IMG/VR virus record: IMGVR_UViG_2609460245_000002 | Location: 62,001-91,751 of that record | DNA length: 29,751 nt | Strand: one strand, 5' to 3' | Source of the DNA: an uncultured virus (IMG/VR IMGVR_UViG_2609460245_000002) | Taxonomy: Duplodnaviria > Heunggongvirae > Uroviricota > Caudoviricetes | Shown here: positions 26,837 through 29,751 of the stretch, piece by piece | Position numbering within the stretch: the first letter of the stretch is position 1 | Layout: every line of letters begins with the position of its first letter | Translations under genes and position numbers: made by a program | Notes under the pieces: generated by a model | Databases searched by the model: none | The model's input: only the letters and a program-made list of their open reading frames with translations | What the model was told of the DNA's origin: nothing

Positions 26837-26865
26837 ATTTTGCAGCTAGTGGGTCAGGTTGTCAA
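26837..26865 (-). promoter_or_regulatory. sigma70 promoter
   Basis: TTGACA-17 bp-CAAAAT. Confidence 0.65.
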
Positions 26866-27095
26866 GCGTTTTATTTCACTAATGAGCACATAGAATTCGA
26901 TCCCGCGCCAAGCCCCTCCCACCTTGGCCATATCACCTTGTATCTTACTCACTCGGCCAGTCCATATTTCTCCCGTGCCGGCATGCTTGAGGAACTTACC
27001 ACCTACCAATTGTTCGGGCGTGTATTGGCACGTTCGTCGAGCTTTTTCCGAATGTCGCCCCGGATAGCCACGATATCTCCTACTCTGACGGTCAT
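26854..27095 (-). CDS. hypothetical protein (missing base at about 27006)
   Basis: MTVRVGDIVAIRG joins VGGKFLKHAGTGEIWTGRV; RBS GGGGAG. Confidence 0.55.
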
Positions 27096-27106
27096 CAGTT
27101 CTCCCC

Positions 27107-27393
27107 TCATGCCGTTTTTACTTCGATAGACCGAGCGACAATCGGTCCGTCTTGCCCGATATTGTACGATACCACCGGGAGCGATTCCCATCGACGGAGC
27201 ATCCATTCTGTTTTATCGCAGTCGTCTGCGAAAGGCGGCAGGCCGTCGCGGAAAGCGATCTCATCCGCAATAAGATTAAGTATATCGTCCAACCCCTCGT
27301 CTAGGTCGAGCGTTCGGCCAAGCAAGGCGAAGGTTGAATCAAGGCCTTGTAACTCAGTTCAGAGAGAACGATTTTAACAGAAAGGCTATCCAT
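27107..27393 (-). CDS. hypothetical protein (missing base at about 27357)
   Basis: MDSLSVKIVLSE joins ELQGLDSTFALLGRTLDL. Confidence 0.55.
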
Positions 27394-27536
27394 CACTCGG
27401 CCTCCTCTACAGTAATATCAGACGGGTATCCGTCGTGATTGACCAGCGATTTCCGTACCTCCTCGGTACCGCACATAATATCGAAGAAAACAATGTCGAT
27501 CAACTGGCCATTCTGGTATACGTTCCAAGCTTGCAT
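27393..27536 (-). CDS. small hypothetical protein (47 aa)
   Basis: MQAWNVYQNGQLIDIVFF...VRKSLVNHDGY; RBS AAGGAG. Confidence 0.75.
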   Translation of the reverse strand: MQAWNVYQNGQLIDIVFFDIMCGTEEVRKSLVNHDGYPSDITVEEAE

Positions 27537-27548
27537 TTCTGAATCTCC

Positions 27549-27815
27549 TTATGCTGTGCGGAAAGGTTCACCCGATTTCACGTCGAAGATGACGCCAACG
27601 CCTTGGACGATCCCATTGCAGTAAAGACTGTGCCAACGGGCTGTACCCTTCGAATGCTTCACCAGATAGGTGCGGCGACGATACATGTATGATCCGTCTT
27701 CCCATTCATCATCTTTCTCGATAGGGAAATAGCGGTTCAAGTCTACCGCTACGCGATCAATCTCGCTACGATTGTAAGCCGCGTAGAGTGCCCGATGATT
27801 ACAAAGCGCTTTCAT
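27549..27815 (-). CDS. hypothetical protein
   Basis: 88 aa, RBS AAGGA, downstream of a promoter. Confidence 0.75.
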   Translation of the reverse strand: MKALCNHRALYAAYNRSEIDRVAVDLNRYFPIEKDDEWEDGSYMYRRRTYLVKHSKGTARWHSLYCNGIVQGVGVIFDVKSGEPFRTA

Positions 27816-27861
27816 AACTATGTATCCTTTGTGACTGCTCAGGGTGTTTCCCTTTGCTTGA

Positions 27862-27894
27862 GGGCCATTCTACGCGAATGGCCCAAGCTGTCAA
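27862..27894 (-). promoter_or_regulatory. early sigma70 promoter, palindromic cassette
   Basis: TTGACA-16 bp-TAGAAT; GGGCCATTC-N5-GAATGGCCC. Confidence 0.85.
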
Positions 27895-28367
27895 CCCTTA
27901 TTTTCACTCTTCACCCAAACTAGTCTGCCCTTTGTCTCAGGCCGCCCGCGTACCTGCTTTTTCGCCATGTTGGTCCGTCTGAAACCGTAGTGGTTAAGCC
28001 ACTCTAAGCGCCCGGAGTCGTGCTGAATCGCCAGTTGCCACGGGAAATTAACTACTTTTTCTTTTGTGCTGGCGTACTGCTTAGGTTTAGCGCCAATCAA
28101 TCCGCACCACTCTTTCCATACGAATCCATGGCCCTGATCCGGTCCCGCCTTAGCGTGAGCTATTTCATGGCGGATAGTATCTAATACCGCAGGCACTCCA
28201 TTGGCAGCTACGTAGCTGTAACCTAGCTCTATGAGCTTTTTAGCGTGATTACAACGGCCTAGCGTCCGTTTCATCCTGAGATTGAAACTGAATTTCCAAC
28301 CTTGTTCGAGGAGGCTCCACTTGTCCATCTCTTGTAGGGCCATCGCCCGGGCTTCACTATGTAGCAT
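27891..28367 (-). CDS. SprT-like zinc metalloprotease
   Basis: RTLGRC, TIRHEIAH (HExxH), GHGFVWK. Confidence 0.85.
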   Translation of the reverse strand: MLHSEARAMALQEMDKWSLLEQGWKFSFNLRMKRTLGRCNHAKKLIELGYSYVAANGVPAVLDTIRHEIAHAKAGPDQGHGFVWKEWCGLIGAKPKQYASTKEKVVNFPWQLAIQHDSGRLEWLNHYGFRRTNMAKKQVRGRPETKGRLVWVKSENKG

Positions 28368-28402
28368 GGCTGTTTACCTGCCGTTCCGTTGAATGTGTGC
28401 TC

Positions 28403-28431
28403 ATTGTGCCTATATAAAAGGAACGTGTCAA
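28403..28431 (-). promoter_or_regulatory. sigma70 promoter for the first early gene
   Basis: TTGACA-17 bp-CACAAT, AT-rich upstream. Confidence 0.7.
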
Positions 28432-28465
28432 CCGGTTTTATGTAGATTTTTCTCTATATTTTCGC

Positions 28466-28493
28466 TTGCCTTCTTTTCTTGCTTGTGTATAAT
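28466..28493 (+). promoter_or_regulatory. divergent sigma70 promoter
   Basis: TTGCCT-16 bp-TATAAT with AT-rich upstream tract. Confidence 0.6.
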
Positions 28494-28610
28494 GACAGGC
28501 AGGCGGGCAACGCAGGCAGGAGGCCGAGCACCGGAGATAAACACCGAGGGAGCCTGAGATTTAGGCTGGCACGCTAATTGCAATTGCAAAGACTGTGCCA
28601 TAAAATTATG

Positions 28611-28638
28611 TTGACAAAGGGGTTTGTCATAGTAGAAT
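28611..28638 (+). promoter_or_regulatory. sigma70 promoter with -35 inside an inverted repeat
   Basis: TTGACA-16 bp-TAGAAT; TGACAAA-GGGG-TTTGTCA. Confidence 0.8.
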
Positions 28639-28644
28639 GGGCGC

Positions 28645-28776
28645 ATCTTAAACGCGGGGTGCGAGTCCCCAACTACATATCGCCTTCACGACGGATAGTC
28701 GAGGCCTACGCCTGCCCGGGAAACTGGTGCGGGCTTGCAACGTTCGTGCCAACTCAGGTTTGTCCTAGGAATTTTT
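28645..28776 (+). ncRNA. candidate structured small RNA
   Basis: Directly downstream of a consensus promoter, no RBS-led ORF, three stem-loops including a T-loop-like loop and a GAAA tetraloop. Confidence 0.45.
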
Positions 28777-28896
28777 AGTTAGCGTGCTAACGATTAAAGA
28801 TAGCTTGGTAACCAATTAGATAGCTGGCTAACGATCCGCCCTTCTGATAAATCCGGCTAAATTTCAGGGGAAATTTCTCTGTAGAAAAATCCCCTT

Positions 28897-28992
28897 CTGT
28901 GAAAATCTGTCCAGTTCCTAAAAATCTACCCAGTTCCTAATTTTGCAGCCTGTGAAAATCTGTCCAGTTCCTAAAAATCTACCCAGTCCCTA
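28897..28992. repeat. 2 x 43 bp direct repeat, each holding 2 x 19 bp units
   Basis: AAAATCT(G/A)(T/C)CCAGT(T/C)CCTA at 28902, 28921, 28955, 28974. Confidence 0.9.
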
Positions 28993-28994
28993 GA

Positions 28995-29168
28995 TCAGAT
29001 CGCCTCGTACTCTTCTCGTTTAATTCTATGCAACACTCTTCGCTTATACCAGCTAACTAAATACGCGATGCAGGCCTGCTTCTCATTCTCCGGTATGCCC
29101 ATTGTATGAACAAACTCTGCAATATACGTTCTCCAGTGGGAGTACTGTGGCATGTTCCCTTCTTCCAT
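28995..29168 (-). CDS. small hypothetical protein
   Basis: MEEGNMPQYSHW after AGGAGG; longer starts cross a terminator or lack an RBS. Confidence 0.55.
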   Translation of the reverse strand: MEEGNMPQYSHWRTYIAEFVHTMGIPENEKQACIAYLVSWYKRRVLHRIKREEYEAI

Positions 29169-29350
29169 TCTAACCCTCCTATTAGGCTCTACGCAGCCTT
29201 TTCTACCCTTGAGCGGTAGCTCACCGCTCCTACATCCCAGCAGCTCGTATACGAGCACTCTGAGCCCTTTCCTGAGAAATTCCATATTGCCCATATTGGC
29301 CGAAACTCCCAGAAATCTAAAAATAATTTGAAAATAACCCCTCACCCATG

Positions 29351-29372
29351 AAAAGCCCGGCAATAGCCGGGC
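29351..29372 (-). terminator. intrinsic terminator
   Basis: GCCCGGC-4 nt-GCCGGGC plus T4 on the - strand after the 29393 stop. Confidence 0.7.
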
Positions 29373-29392
29373 AATTCTAAAATAATGGTGGC

Positions 29393-29749
29393 TTATTTTC
29401 GCCACTCTGCTCCGACCACGGTCCATTCGCGGGTCCACCGCACCTCCGAAGAGCTGTGCAGCTTATCCCACAGGGGATCATCCACACTAATACACTTAAC
29501 TACCCTATCCGGTACAGAGTAATAGGAAGATGGGCGGTCGTCTTTCTCGTTGTACTCCCATTTTACACCATTCACTAGGTCGAGGTTTTGAAGTTCATCC
29601 GGTACATTTCCAGATTGAATGTCGGTTGCCTTTGGAGACAGGATAAAATGGATACTCCACCGCTTTCCTACCGGCTTAGCGAACACACTAACCCACTTCG
29701 AATCTTTCTCAGTGAATTCTTTTCTATCTAGTTCCCTCTCTAGATGGTG
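29393..29749 (-). CDS. hypothetical protein, 5' partial
   Basis: Frame is open to the window edge and followed by a terminator. Confidence 0.7.
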   Translation of the reverse strand, partial: HHLERELDRKEFTEKDSKWVSVFAKPVGKRWSIHFILSPKATDIQSGNVPDELQNLDLVNGVKWEYNEKDDRPSSYYSVPDRVVKCISVDDPLWDKLHSSSEVRWTREWTVVGAEWRK

Positions 29750-29751
29750 GT

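Noticed and set aside
18051..27894. Palindromic cassettes as integron attC sites or CRISPR repeats
   Set aside because: They contain -35 and -10 boxes oriented to downstream genes and no integrase is present, so promoter function explains them
28640..28740. tRNA gene
   Set aside because: Only a T-arm-like hairpin; no acceptor stem, D arm or anticodon arm in the right register
28897..28992. CRISPR array
   Set aside because: Units are 19 bp and adjacent, with no unique spacers and no cas genes

Overview
This is a 29.7 kb segment of a lytic dsDNA phage genome. Gene content and order fit a Pseudomonas PAK_P1/PaP1-like myovirus (Pakpunavirus-like); that call is from recognition, not a search. 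Positions 1-15.3 kb are + strand operons: dCMP deaminase tail, ATP-dependent DNA ligase, SleB-like cell-wall hydrolase, RelA/SpoT-type HD protein, calcineurin-like phosphoesterase, XRE HTH, RNA ligase plus P-loop kinase, a Prs-like/Nampt-like pair matching NAD+ reconstitution pathway 1 (NARP1), a macrodomain, a SLOG-like protein and many small hypotheticals. Positions 15.3-17.4 kb are a gene-poor convergence zone, possibly the genome terminus, holding 12 AGC-GN(N)A-GCT mini-hairpins with covarying stems. Positions 17.4-28.4 kb are a - strand cluster of small, probably early genes driven by about 11 sigma70-type promoters, several of which are near-identical palindromic cassettes. Positions 28.45-29.0 kb hold two + strand promoters pointing into ORF-free structured sequence (candidate sRNAs), followed by iteron-like repeats. 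About 14 apparent frameshifts or stops, mostly in homopolymers, suggest sequencing errors, and genes are reported across them.
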